Below, piece by piece: positions 45,856 to 54,431 of a stretch of 64,000 bases of DNA. The first letter of the stretch is position 1. Every line of letters begins with the position of its first letter. The DNA is from Burkholderiales bacterium (GTDB lineage Bacteria > Pseudomonadota > Gammaproteobacteria > Burkholderiales > SG8-39), in assembly GCA_036406675.1 (NCBI GenBank), contig DASXAO010000047.1, positions 4,513 to 68,512 of the forward strand. Reading direction: 5' to 3'. The notes under the pieces were generated by a model, which searched no databases, had not been told where the DNA came from, and was given only the letters and a program-made list of their open reading frames with translations. The position numbers were made by a program, and so were the translations under genes.

Positions 45856-47076
45856 ATGTCTGCAGTACGCAAGCTGAGTGCAGCGGTGGGCCTGGCGCTC
45901 GCCGCAATGGGCGCACCGATGGTGGCAAATGCTCAGGTGTCCGACGGCGTCATCAAGATCGGGGTGCTGTCCGACATGTCGAGCCTCTATGCCGACATCG
46001 GCGGTCCCGGGTCGGTCGTGGCCGCGCGCATGGCGGTCGAGGACTTCGGCGCCGCGAAGAAGGGCATGAAGGTCGAGATCGTCTCGGCCGACCACCAGAA
46101 CAAGCCCGACGTCGGCTCGGCCATCGCGCGCCAGTGGTACGACGTCGACAAGGTCGACGCGATCGTCGACGTGCCGACCTCGTCGGTCGCGCTGGCGGTG
46201 AGCCAGGTCACAAAAGACAAGGGCAAGGCGTTCCTGGTGTCGGGCGCCGCGACCTCCGACCTGACCGGCAAGGCCTGCTCGCCGAACACCGTGCACTGGA
46301 CCTACGACACCTGGATGCTCGCGAACGGCACCGGCAGCGCGATCGTCAAGAGCGGCGGCAACACCTGGTTCTTCATCACCGCCGACTACGCCTTCGGCCA
46401 CGCGCTCGAGCGCGACACCGAGCAGGTGGTGCTGAAGAACGGCGGCAAGGTGCTCGGCAAGGTGCGCCATCCGCTCAACGCGCAGGATTTCTCCTCGTTC
46501 CTGCTGCAGGCGCAGGCGTCCAAGGCGAAGATCATCGGGCTCGCCAACGCCGGCGGCGACACCATCAATTCGATCAAGCAGGCGGCCGAGTTCGGCATCG
46601 TCGAGCGCGGCCAGAACCTCGCCGGGATGCTGGTCTTCATCAGCGACGTGCACGGCCTCGGCCTCACCACCGCGCAGGGGCTGATCTTCACCGAGACGTT
46701 CTACTGGGACCTGAACGACCAGACGCGCGCCTTCACCAAGCGCTTCGCGCCGCAGAACAACAACAAGTACCCGACCATGGTGCAGGCGGGCGTGTACTCG
46801 GCGGTGCTGCACTACCTGAAGGCGGTCGAAGCCGGCAAGACCGACGACGGCACCAAGGTGGTGGCGAAGATGAAGGAGCTGCCGACCGACGATCCGCTTT
46901 TCGGCAAGGGACGCGTCCGCGCCGACGGCCGCAAGATCCACCCGGCCTACCTCGTCGAGGTGAAGAAGCCGGTCGAGTCGAAGGGGCCTTACGACTATTA
47001 CAAGATCAAGGCCCAGATTCCCGCCGACCAGGCGTTCCGACCGGAGAAAGAGGGAGGGTGTTCACTCGTCAAGTAG
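45856..47076 (+). CDS. HAAT-family periplasmic substrate-binding protein (LivK-like, Peripla_BP_6)
   Basis: ATG at 45856 is 6 nt after AAGGAG. Signal peptide MSAVRKLSAAVGLALAAMGAPMVANA. IKIGVLSDMSSLYADIGG is a typical N-terminus. Confidence 0.85.
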   Translation: MSAVRKLSAAVGLALAAMGAPMVANAQVSDGVIKIGVLSDMSSLYADIGGPGSVVAARMAVEDFGAAKKGMKVEIVSADHQNKPDVGSAIARQWYDVDKVDAIVDVPTSSVALAVSQVTKDKGKAFLVSGAATSDLTGKACSPNTVHWTYDTWMLANGTGSAIVKSGGNTWFFITADYAFGHALERDTEQVVLKNGGKVLGKVRHPLNAQDFSSFLLQAQASKAKIIGLANAGGDTINSIKQAAEFGIVERGQNLAGMLVFISDVHGLGLTTAQGLIFTETFYWDLNDQTRAFTKRFAPQNNNKYPTMVQAGVYSAVLHYLKAVEAGKTDDGTKVVAKMKELPTDDPLFGKGRVRADGRKIHPAYLVEVKKPVESKGPYDYYKIKAQIPADQAFRPEKEGGCSLVK

Positions 47077-47110
47077 CCTCCTCGGGTTGAGTTAGCAAAA
47101 AGCCAGGCCG

Positions 47111-47998
47111 ATGCCAGAGATCTTCGGCATTCCGTCGGCGGCGCTGTTCGGCCAGCTGTTGATCGGCCTGATCAACGGCTCGTTCTACGCGCTCCTGTCG
47201 CTCGGCCTGGCGGTGATCTTCGGGCTGCTCAACATCATCAACTTCACGCACGGCGCCCAGTACATGCTGGGCGCCTTCTGCGCCTACTTCCTGCTGAACC
47301 GGCTCGGCGTCGGCTACTGGTGGTCGCTCCTCATCGCGCCGCTCGCCGTCGGCGCCTTCGGCGTGCTGATCGAGCGCACCATGCTGAAGCCGCTCTACAA
47401 GCTGGATCATCTCTACGGCCTGCTCCTCACCTTCGGGCTCGCGCTGGTGATCCAGGGGCTGTTCCGCAACGAGTTCGGCTCCTCCGGCCTGCCGTACCCG
47501 ATCGCCAAGGAGCTCGCCGGCGGCCGCAACCTCGGCTTCATGTTCCTGCCGAACTACCGCGCCTGGGTGGTCGGCGCGTCGCTCGTCATCTGCATCGGCA
47601 CCTGGTTCGTGATCGAGCGCACCAAGCTCGGCTCGTACCTGCGCGCCGCGACGGAGAACCCGGCGCTGGTGCAGGCGTTCGGCATCAACGTGCCGCGCAT
47701 GATCACGCTCACCTACGGCTTCGGCGTGGCGCTCGCCGCGCTCGCCGGCGTGATGGCGGCGCCGATCTACCAGGTGAGCCCGCAGATGGGCTCCGACCTC
47801 ATCATCGTGGTGTTCGCCGTGGTCGTGATCGGCGGCATGGGCTCGATCATGGGCTCGATCGTGACCGGCTTCGGCCTGGGGATCATCGAGGGGCTGACCA
47901 AGGTGTTCTACCCCGAGGCTTCGAACACGGTGATCTTCATCATCATGGCGATCGTGCTCCTGATCAAGCCGGCCGGCCTGTTCGGAACCCAGAGATGA
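47111..47998 (+). CDS. HAAT-family ABC permease, LivH-like
   Basis: LLIGLINGSFYALLSLGLAVIFGLLNIINFTHG is the hallmark N-terminus. Confidence 0.88.
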   Translation: MPEIFGIPSAALFGQLLIGLINGSFYALLSLGLAVIFGLLNIINFTHGAQYMLGAFCAYFLLNRLGVGYWWSLLIAPLAVGAFGVLIERTMLKPLYKLDHLYGLLLTFGLALVIQGLFRNEFGSSGLPYPIAKELAGGRNLGFMFLPNYRAWVVGASLVICIGTWFVIERTKLGSYLRAATENPALVQAFGINVPRMITLTYGFGVALAALAGVMAAPIYQVSPQMGSDLIIVVFAVVVIGGMGSIMGSIVTGFGLGIIEGLTKVFYPEASNTVIFIIMAIVLLIKPAGLFGTQR

Positions 47999-48915
47999 GG
48001 CACCAGTACATCGGCATCGCGGTGATGGCGGCGCTCTTCGCGGCCGCGCCGCTCGTGGTCTACCCGGTGTTCATGATGAAGGCGATGTGCTTCGCGCTGT
48101 TCGCCTGCGCCTTCAACCTGCTGATCGGCTTCGGCGGGCTGCTCTCGTTCGGCCACGCCATGTTCCTCGGCACCGCCGGCTACGCCACCGCCCACGCGGC
48201 CAAGATCTGGGGCCTGCCGCCCGAGCTCGCCATCCTGTTCGGCGCGGCGTGCTCGTTCGCGCTCTCGATCGTCACCGGCCTGCTCGCGATCCGGCGCCTG
48301 GGCATCTATTTCGCGATGATCACCCTCGCGCTCGCGCAGATGATCTTCTTCTTCTACCTGCAGTCGTCCTTCACCGGCGGCGAGGACGGCATCCAGTCGG
48401 TGCCGCGCGGCAGGCTCTTCGGCTTCATCGACCTCGCCAACATCTGGGCGATGTACTACACCACGTTCGTGGTGTTCATCGCCGGCTTTCTCCTCATCTA
48501 CCGCGTGATCCACTCGCCGTTCGGCCAGGTGCTGAAGTCGATCCGCGAGAACGAGGCGCGCTCGACGTCCCTCGGCTACGACAGCGTGCGCTACAAGTTC
48601 ATGGCGTTCGTGCTCTCGGGCACGCTCGCCGGCGTCGCCGGCTCGGTCAAGGCGCTCGTGTTCCAGCTCGCCTCGCTCACCGACGTGCACTGGACCATGT
48701 CGGGCGAGGTGGTGCTGATGACGCTCCTCGGCGGCCTCGGCACCATCTTCGGCCCGGTGGTCGGCGCCTTCATCATCATCACGATGGAGAATTACCTCGC
48801 GCAGCTCGGCGCCTGGGTGACCGTGGTGCAGGGCGTGATCTTCGTCATTTGCGTGCTCACCTTCCGCCGCGGCGTGATCGGCGAGATCGCCCACTTCATC
48901 AAGAAGCCACTTTAG
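47995..48915 (+). CDS. HAAT-family ABC permease, LivM-like
   Basis: ATGA overlap with the LivH-like stop. FNLLIGFGGLLSFGHAMFLGTAGY motif. Confidence 0.88.
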   Translation: MRHQYIGIAVMAALFAAAPLVVYPVFMMKAMCFALFACAFNLLIGFGGLLSFGHAMFLGTAGYATAHAAKIWGLPPELAILFGAACSFALSIVTGLLAIRRLGIYFAMITLALAQMIFFFYLQSSFTGGEDGIQSVPRGRLFGFIDLANIWAMYYTTFVVFIAGFLLIYRVIHSPFGQVLKSIRENEARSTSLGYDSVRYKFMAFVLSGTLAGVAGSVKALVFQLASLTDVHWTMSGEVVLMTLLGGLGTIFGPVVGAFIIITMENYLAQLGAWVTVVQGVIFVICVLTFRRGVIGEIAHFIKKPL

Positions 48916-48937
48916 CGGTGCCACGAGGGGTAGTTGC

Positions 48938-49471
48938 ATGCCTGTGATCGTCGAGGGCATTTCCGTTGTGACCCGCGCCGACGCGATCGCGTCAAAGCTG
49001 CAAGACGGAACGAAGGGATTTCTAGCCTTCGTCCCCAACCAGACCTATTGCAGCGACGAAGAACTAACGCGGGTCGGGTTCATGACGCCCATGGATACAG
49101 AGGCATTTGTTCGCCGACTCACGAGTGCCGGTCTGATCCATCTTAAGGATGGCGCAGCAATTGATATTGTTGTGGTTGATCAGCTGACGGGGCCGCTCTC
49201 GTCTTGCTCCTGGATCGAGTATGGACAAATCGCCATAGACAGCGCCCGAACCCAAAGAGTGGCTGTTTGTAGGCTGAAGGGAAGCGGGTCCAACCGAGTT
49301 GTAATGCCGTCCGGTTGGACGTTTGAGAAGTCGCTAAGCAACTCTCACAAATTTGTTCCAACGGAGCAGGTGGCGACAACGATGAAGTTCCTGCGCCACG
49401 AGAACGGAGTGGATGTATACCTTGATTTGGTCACAGGCAAAGAGAAGTATGTAGGACGCACTGGGGCGTAG
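48938..49471 (+). CDS. Orphan hypothetical protein in a low-G+C patch (177 aa)
   Basis: Complete ORF with no motif recognised. Three hand-counted 60-nt lines gave 57%, 52% and 48% G+C, against 65% for a line of the adjacent livM-like gene. Confidence 0.55.
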   Translation: MPVIVEGISVVTRADAIASKLQDGTKGFLAFVPNQTYCSDEELTRVGFMTPMDTEAFVRRLTSAGLIHLKDGAAIDIVVVDQLTGPLSSCSWIEYGQIAIDSARTQRVAVCRLKGSGSNRVVMPSGWTFEKSLSNSHKFVPTEQVATTMKFLRHENGVDVYLDLVTGKEKYVGRTGA

Positions 49472-49487
49472 CATCTCGCTGGGCTGG

Positions 49488-50471
49488 CTACTCGGCGGTC
49501 GCGCCTGAGCGGCGGATTACTTGCGCCCAGCGCTCGGTGTCGGCGCGGATGAAGGCGGCGAACTTCCGCGGCGCCATCGGCCGCGGCTCGATGCCCAGGG
49601 CGGCCAGCCGGCGCAGGCTTTCGGGCTGCGCAAGCGCGTGAGTCGCTTCCTGCGCGAGCTGGAGCACCACGGCGTCTGGCGTGCCGGCCCGCGTGCCGAG
49701 CCCGATCCACGCCGGCGCCTCGAAGCCCGGAAGCCCCGATTCATCCAGGGTTGGGATGTCCGGTAGCGCGGCAATCCTGCGCCTCTCCGCGACCGCGATG
49801 GCGCGGAGCGTCCCGTTCTGCAGGTAGGCGAGCGTCGTCGATGTATTGACGAAGCTCATGGCGACCCGACCGGCGACGAGGTCGGCGGCGGCCTGGGCTG
49901 CGGATCCCCTGTAGGGCACATGTGTCGCCTCGACGCCGGTGAGGGATTTGAAGAGCTCCATCGCGAGGTGACCGGTGCTGCCGACCGCTTGCGAGGCGTA
50001 GCTCGCCTTTCCGGATTGCGCGCGCAGCCAGGCGAGCAGTTCCTGCAGGTTCGTGGCCGGCACCGAAGGGTGAACCATGAGGACGAGTGGGGTCACCGCG
50101 AGCAGCGTCACCGGCGCGATGTCGGTGCCGGGATTGAATGGCATCGAGGCGCGCAGGCTGAGGTTGATGCTGAAGGGGCCGGCCGGAGCGACGAATAAGG
50201 CGTGCCCGTCCGCGGGCGCCCGCAGCACGCTGGCTACGCCCAGGTCGCCGTTCGCTCCAGGCCTGTTTTCCACCACGAAAGGCTGGCCGTGCTTCTTCGT
50301 CAGGTCCTGCGCGAGCATGCGCGCAAGCAGGTCGACCGAGCCGCCCGGTGGGCTCGTGGCGACGATGTGGACCGCCCGGTTAGGCCATGCGAGGTCGTCG
50401 GCAGCCGCTGCCGGCTGTGTTAGCAGCGCGGCAGATCCGACGGCGAGCAATCTCAGAGCCAGTCCGGGCAA
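49488..50471 (-). CDS. Bug/TctC-family substrate-binding protein (second copy in window)
   Basis: In-frame TTG at 50471 after AAGGGG gives (M)PGLALRLLAVGSAALLTQPAAAA. ENRPGANGDLG, PYRGSAQ, WAQVIRRSG. The rest of ORF 49488..50999 overlaps the upstream gene. Confidence 0.8.
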   Translation of the reverse strand: MPGLALRLLAVGSAALLTQPAAAADDLAWPNRAVHIVATSPPGGSVDLLARMLAQDLTKKHGQPFVVENRPGANGDLGVASVLRAPADGHALFVAPAGPFSINLSLRASMPFNPGTDIAPVTLLAVTPLVLMVHPSVPATNLQELLAWLRAQSGKASYASQAVGSTGHLAMELFKSLTGVEATHVPYRGSAAQAAADLVAGRVAMSFVNTSTTLAYLQNGTLRAIAVAERRRIAALPDIPTLDESGLPGFEAPAWIGLGTRAGTPDAVVLQLAQEATHALAQPESLRRLAALGIEPRPMAPRKFAAFIRADTERWAQVIRRSGATAE

Positions 50472-51436
50472 GGAAGCCCCTTTTCCCGGAGAAACGCCGG
50501 ATTGAAGAGCTTCGACTGGTAGCGCGTGCCCGAGTCGGCGAGGATCGTGACGACCGTGTGGCCGGGGCCGAGGTCGCGCGCGAGGCGGATGGCGCCGGCG
50601 ACGTTGATGCCGCTCGAGCCGCCGAGGCACAGCCCTTCGTTCTTCAGCAGCGAAAAGACCAGGGGAAGGGCTTCGGCGTCGGGGATCTGGTAGGCGTCGT
50701 CGATCGGTGCGCCTTCGATGTTCTTCGTGACGCGCCCCTGGCCGATGCCCTCGGTGATCGACGAGCCCTTCGATTCGAGCTTTCCCTGCTTGAACCAGCT
50801 GTACATCGCCGCGCCGAGCGGGTCGGCGGCCGCGATCCTGATGTTCTTGTTTTTCTGTTTCAAGAACATCGCGACACCGGCCAGGGTTCCCCCGGTGCCG
50901 ATGGCGCAGGTGAAGCCGTCGACCTTGCCGTTCGTTTGCGCCCAGATCTCCGGGCCGGTGCTCCGGATGTGGCCTTCGCGATTCGCGGTGTTGTCCCACT
51001 GGTTCGCCCAGAAGGCGTCGAGCTCCTTCGCAAGCCGTTCCGACACGTGAACGTAGTTGTTCGGGTCCCTGTACGGCACTGCCGGCACTTCGCGCAGCTC
51101 GGCGCCGCAGAGGCGCAGCATGGCCTTCTTCTCCTCGCTCTGCGTCTGCGGGATCACGATTACCGTCTTGTAGCCGCGCGCGTTGCCGACCAGCGCGAGG
51201 CCGATGCCGGTGTTGCCGGCCGTGCCCTCCACGATCGTCCCGCCCGGCTCGAGCAGTCCGCGCTTTTCGGCGTCGAGGATAATGTAGAGCGCGGCGCGGT
51301 CCTTGACCGAGCCGCCGGGATTGAGGAACTCGGCCTTGCCGAGGATCTCGCAGCCGGTGAGCTCGGAGGGGCCGCGCAGGCGGATGAGCGGCGTGTTGCC
51401 GATCGCTGCGGTGAAGCCGTCCCGGATTTCGGTCAC
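50453..51436 (-). CDS. PLP-dependent cysteine synthase / CBS-family enzyme
   Basis: GTG at 51436 (GTGA overlap with the upstream stop). IGNTPLIRL, NPGGSVKDRAA (PLP lysine), GNTGIGLA, GTGGTLAG. Confidence 0.85.
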   Translation of the reverse strand: MTEIRDGFTAAIGNTPLIRLRGPSELTGCEILGKAEFLNPGGSVKDRAALYIILDAEKRGLLEPGGTIVEGTAGNTGIGLALVGNARGYKTVIVIPQTQSEEKKAMLRLCGAELREVPAVPYRDPNNYVHVSERLAKELDAFWANQWDNTANREGHIRSTGPEIWAQTNGKVDGFTCAIGTGGTLAGVAMFLKQKNKNIRIAAADPLGAAMYSWFKQGKLESKGSSITEGIGQGRVTKNIEGAPIDDAYQIPDAEALPLVFSLLKNEGLCLGGSSGINVAGAIRLARDLGPGHTVVTILADSGTRYQSKLFNPAFLREKGLPCPDWL

Positions 51437-52437
51437 ACGGAAGAAAGCTTCATCTGCGCCAGCGCGGCGCGGCCGAGCAGCCCGTACGGATTGGCGAGGG
51501 TCTCCGGCATCTCGAAGTGGTTGTAGCCTTCGCCCACCAAGAGCTGCACCGGCTTGCCCGCCGCTTTCACCGCGGCGGCGAAGTCGCGCGACTGGCGCTG
51601 GAATTCCGGTGTCTCCAGCGTGCCGTACGCGAGGACCAGCGGGGCATTCAGTCTTTCGAGGTGGCGCTGCGGGCTCAACGCCTGCTCGGTCTCGTCGGTG
51701 AACTTGACGTAGGAGCTGCGGAACGAGAGCCGCACCGGCTTGAGATCGAACAGGCCGCTGCAGCACAACCCGCCTTTGACGAGGTCGGGAGGGAGGTCGA
51801 GCTCCTTGCGCCAGTCCGTGGTGAGCACCACGCCGGCCAGGTGACCGCCCGAGGAGTGGCCCGAGACGTAAATCCGGTTCGGGTCGCCGCCAAAAGTCTG
51901 CGCGTTGCGGTACACCCACGCCACGGCGCGCCGCACCTGCTCGGCCATCGCCATGAGGTTGCCGTTCGCTTCCACCACGTTGATGAAGTCGGGCACCACG
52001 TAATGCGCGCCCGCGTGGACGAAGAGCTCAGCGGGGTAGCCGAAGTCCTTGGCTCGCCCGCCGCGCCAGGCGCCGCCGTGGATGAAGATGTTGATTGGCG
52101 CGTTCGATCTGCTCGTCGTGTAGATGTCCAGCGCCTCGATGGCCGTTGAGCCGTAGCTGACGCGCCGGGGCGCGCCCAGGCGGGCGCGAGTGGCGTCGCT
52201 GTTGGACGCGTACCGCTTCGTGATCTGCGGCAGGTTGGGCGCGTACTTGATCTGGTCGTATGCGGCGTCGAGCTCACCCTGGTCCATGTCGAGCCACACC
52301 GCGGGCCCCTTCGGCTTCGTCTGCGCGAATGCATTGCAGGAAGCGAGCAGCCCGCTCGCGACGCCAGCGTGTAGAAACGTCCGGCGAGTGACGGCCATAG
52401 ATGCCCTTTGCAATTGATCGGGCATGGTAACCGACAA
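51433..52437 (-). CDS. Alpha/beta-hydrolase (esterase/arylformamidase-like) with Tat-type signal peptide
   Basis: TRRTFLHAGVASGLLA (twin-arginine), IFIHGGAWRGG oxyanion motif, VSGHSSGGHL nucleophile elbow. Confidence 0.8.
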   Translation of the reverse strand: MSVTMPDQLQRASMAVTRRTFLHAGVASGLLASCNAFAQTKPKGPAVWLDMDQGELDAAYDQIKYAPNLPQITKRYASNSDATRARLGAPRRVSYGSTAIEALDIYTTSRSNAPINIFIHGGAWRGGRAKDFGYPAELFVHAGAHYVVPDFINVVEANGNLMAMAEQVRRAVAWVYRNAQTFGGDPNRIYVSGHSSGGHLAGVVLTTDWRKELDLPPDLVKGGLCCSGLFDLKPVRLSFRSSYVKFTDETEQALSPQRHLERLNAPLVLAYGTLETPEFQRQSRDFAAAVKAAGKPVQLLVGEGYNHFEMPETLANPYGLLGRAALAQMKLSSV

Positions 52438-52438
52438 A

Positions 52439-52978
52439 CTACGTAACGTCCCCCGGTTCGGGCGGGCGCTTGACGCCGCTCAGCATGGCCGCCGCGAGGT
52501 TCTCGCGCTGACGCCAGCTCGTGTACGCCACGCCCGCGACGTGCAGCGCGGCGAGCGCGATTACCGCATCGCCGAGGAATTCGTGCGTTTCCTGGACCCA
52601 CTCGACGCCCCAAAAACGGTCGGTGACGGAAAGCCAGCCGGAGAGCGACGCAGCGGCGGCGGTCGAGAGGAGAGCGACGATCATCCAGCCGCCGAGCGGG
52701 TTGTGGCCCAGGTAGCGCGGCTCGTCGCCGCGCAGCACGGCTTTCGCATAGGCGAGCGTGCGTGCCGGTCCGGATACGAATTGGCGGAAGCGCGCGTAGC
52801 GCGGGCCGATCCAGCCCCAGGCGAAGCGCAGCGCGATCACGGCGAGCGCCGCGTAGCCGAGCCACTCGTGGAGCGGCTCGGCCCACTTGAGCTTCAATTC
52901 AGCGGTGATCCAGGCTGCGAGCACGCAGCCGGCGAGCGACCAGTGCGCGCTGCGCACGAACCGGTCCCAGACCCTCAC
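52439..52978 (-). CDS. Cytochrome b561 / Ni-hydrogenase b-type cytochrome family membrane protein
   Basis: VWDRFVRSAHWSLA..., four TM helices with conserved His (HW, HE, LHV). Typical partner of PepSY proteins. Confidence 0.75.
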   Translation of the reverse strand: MRVWDRFVRSAHWSLAGCVLAAWITAELKLKWAEPLHEWLGYAALAVIALRFAWGWIGPRYARFRQFVSGPARTLAYAKAVLRGDEPRYLGHNPLGGWMIVALLSTAAAASLSGWLSVTDRFWGVEWVQETHEFLGDAVIALAALHVAGVAYTSWRQRENLAAAMLSGVKRPPEPGDVT

Positions 52979-52984
52979 CGCGGC

Positions 52985-53284
52985 TCAGCCCTTGTGCGCC
53001 TTCGCGCCGCGGGGCACCGGCGCAAGCGTGCGCGGGTGGAAATAGGCCTCGGTGCGCTGTCCCTTGTCGTCGACCGCGTACACCTCGTAGCAGCCGCCGT
53101 CTTCCTTGATCCGCCGCACCTGCCAGCCTTTCTCCTTCAGCATCGCGGAGAGCTTGTCCTGCGATTGCCAGCCCTCGCGTGGGCCCGAGTCGCAGGTCGC
53201 GTAGCCCGTTGCCTGCGCGCCGGAAGCCATCAAGGTGAACGCCGCGGCGGCGCACAGCGGGGCGAAGAAACCTTTCTTGGACAT
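52985..53284 (-). CDS. PepSY-domain periplasmic protein
   Basis: ATG at 53284 (MSKKGFFAPLCAAAAFTLMASGAQA signal peptide). KLSAMLKEKGWQVRRIKEDGGCYEVYAVDDKGQRTEAYFHP is the PepSY pattern. Confidence 0.7.
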   Translation of the reverse strand: MSKKGFFAPLCAAAAFTLMASGAQATGYATCDSGPREGWQSQDKLSAMLKEKGWQVRRIKEDGGCYEVYAVDDKGQRTEAYFHPRTLAPVPRGAKAHKG

Positions 53285-53369
53285 GAGGTTCGATCCTCCT
53301 GGGACCGACATGCTACCCGGTCTCCCGGGCAGCATGCCGTTCCTGCTTGCTCAGCGGCCTTGGCCGCCG

Positions 53370-53831
53370 TCACGCCCGATGGCGATGATGCCGTCCGCCG
53401 CCAAGACGGTGGTCGGCGAGCGTCTTCTGCTCGGGCGTGAGCGTGGCGTAGAGGTCCTTCGTCAGGCCCGCCAGCTTCTCGAGGTACTCGCCCTGCTGTT
53501 TTGCGAACTGAGCCTGCCGCTCGACGCGCTCGGGCGCGCTCGGGCGCGTGTTGCCGGATGCGTTCTGGCGCATCTGGTTGTGCAACGCCTGCATTTCGCC
53601 CGCGTGCTGCTTGACCTGCTCGGCGTAGGCGTTCCACGCCGGTTCCTGCGCCGACGTGATCTTCAGGTCGGCCTTGAGGCGGGTCAGCCTCTTGTCGGCG
53701 GCCGCGACCGGATCGTGGGAATGGCCGTAGCCCGCTGCCGGGCTCGCGCCCTGGGCTTGTACCGCGCCCGCCCCGGCGCCCAAGGCCGCCGCCGCGGCGA
53801 ATCCGACTGCGATGTTTCTCCAGCTCTTCAT
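53370..53831 (-). CDS. Spy/CpxP-family periplasmic protein (LTxxQ motif)
   Basis: Signal peptide ending AVQA, an Ala/Gln-rich body with LTPEQ, and a His-rich C-terminus (GGGRHHRHRA). Confidence 0.7.
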   Translation of the reverse strand: MKSWRNIAVGFAAAAALGAGAGAVQAQGASPAAGYGHSHDPVAAADKRLTRLKADLKITSAQEPAWNAYAEQVKQHAGEMQALHNQMRQNASGNTRPSAPERVERQAQFAKQQGEYLEKLAGLTKDLYATLTPEQKTLADHRLGGGRHHRHRA

Positions 53832-53992
53832 CTGTGCCTCCGTGAATGTGGTGGAAAGCGACGGCTCATTAGAGCATCGGCGCGCGAGGGAACCCGCCCG
53901 GCTTTGTAAGCGCCTGTTGCGCAGGACGCCTTTGATACACGGAGTTACAAATCACGCACCCAGATTTACCGGGCGTGCTGCGATCCCGAGTG

Positions 53993-54355
53993 CTACCGGG
54001 TCGGAACGAAGGAGGCCGAGCCGGACTCGAGCGTCATGCGGCCCTCGTACCGGGTTTCGTCCAGGGTGAACGCGATGTTCTTCTTTGGCGGATAGGACGT
54101 CAGAAGGGCCATTCCGTACGACACGTCCCTGGCATGAAACGAAGTCTGTATCCACCGCGGGTCGGCGGTGTGCGGATTGCGTGCGAGGCCCGCGACGATG
54201 GCCTGGATAGCGTCGTAGTGCGCCGGGCTTGTCGCCTTGATCCCTTCCATGGCGCCGGGCGCATTCAGGTTTACGTGGCGCGGCGGCCGCGCATCCTGCG
54301 CGAAGGCGAATGAATAGAGGGCGGAAAGCAGAATTGCAGTGATCGAGCGCAGCAT
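53993..54355 (-). CDS. Secreted hypothetical protein (120 aa)
   Basis: Signal peptide MLRSITAILLSALYSFAFA/QD. No recognisable domain. Confidence 0.55.
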   Translation of the reverse strand: MLRSITAILLSALYSFAFAQDARPPRHVNLNAPGAMEGIKATSPAHYDAIQAIVAGLARNPHTADPRWIQTSFHARDVSYGMALLTSYPPKKNIAFTLDETRYEGRMTLESGSASFVPTR

Positions 54356-54431
54356 TGTTCGTCCCTTTCCTACGCCGGCATCGTAGGCGCTGCCACCCGA
54401 GAGCGCAATCCCATGCTCAGGCTAGCGCGGC

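Noticed and set aside
53903-53971. Scattered TTTGTAA / TTACAAA / CTTTGATA motifs upstream of the Spy/CpxP-like gene (possible response-regulator boxes).
   Set aside because: The spacing is irregular, the motifs are short and degenerate, and no cognate two-component system lies in the window.
54369-54387. Hairpin CCTACG-N7-CGTAGG between the hydantoinase-like gene and the downstream secreted-protein gene.
   Set aside because: The stem is only 6 bp and has no U-tract on the transcribed (minus) strand, so it is not convincing as an intrinsic terminator.
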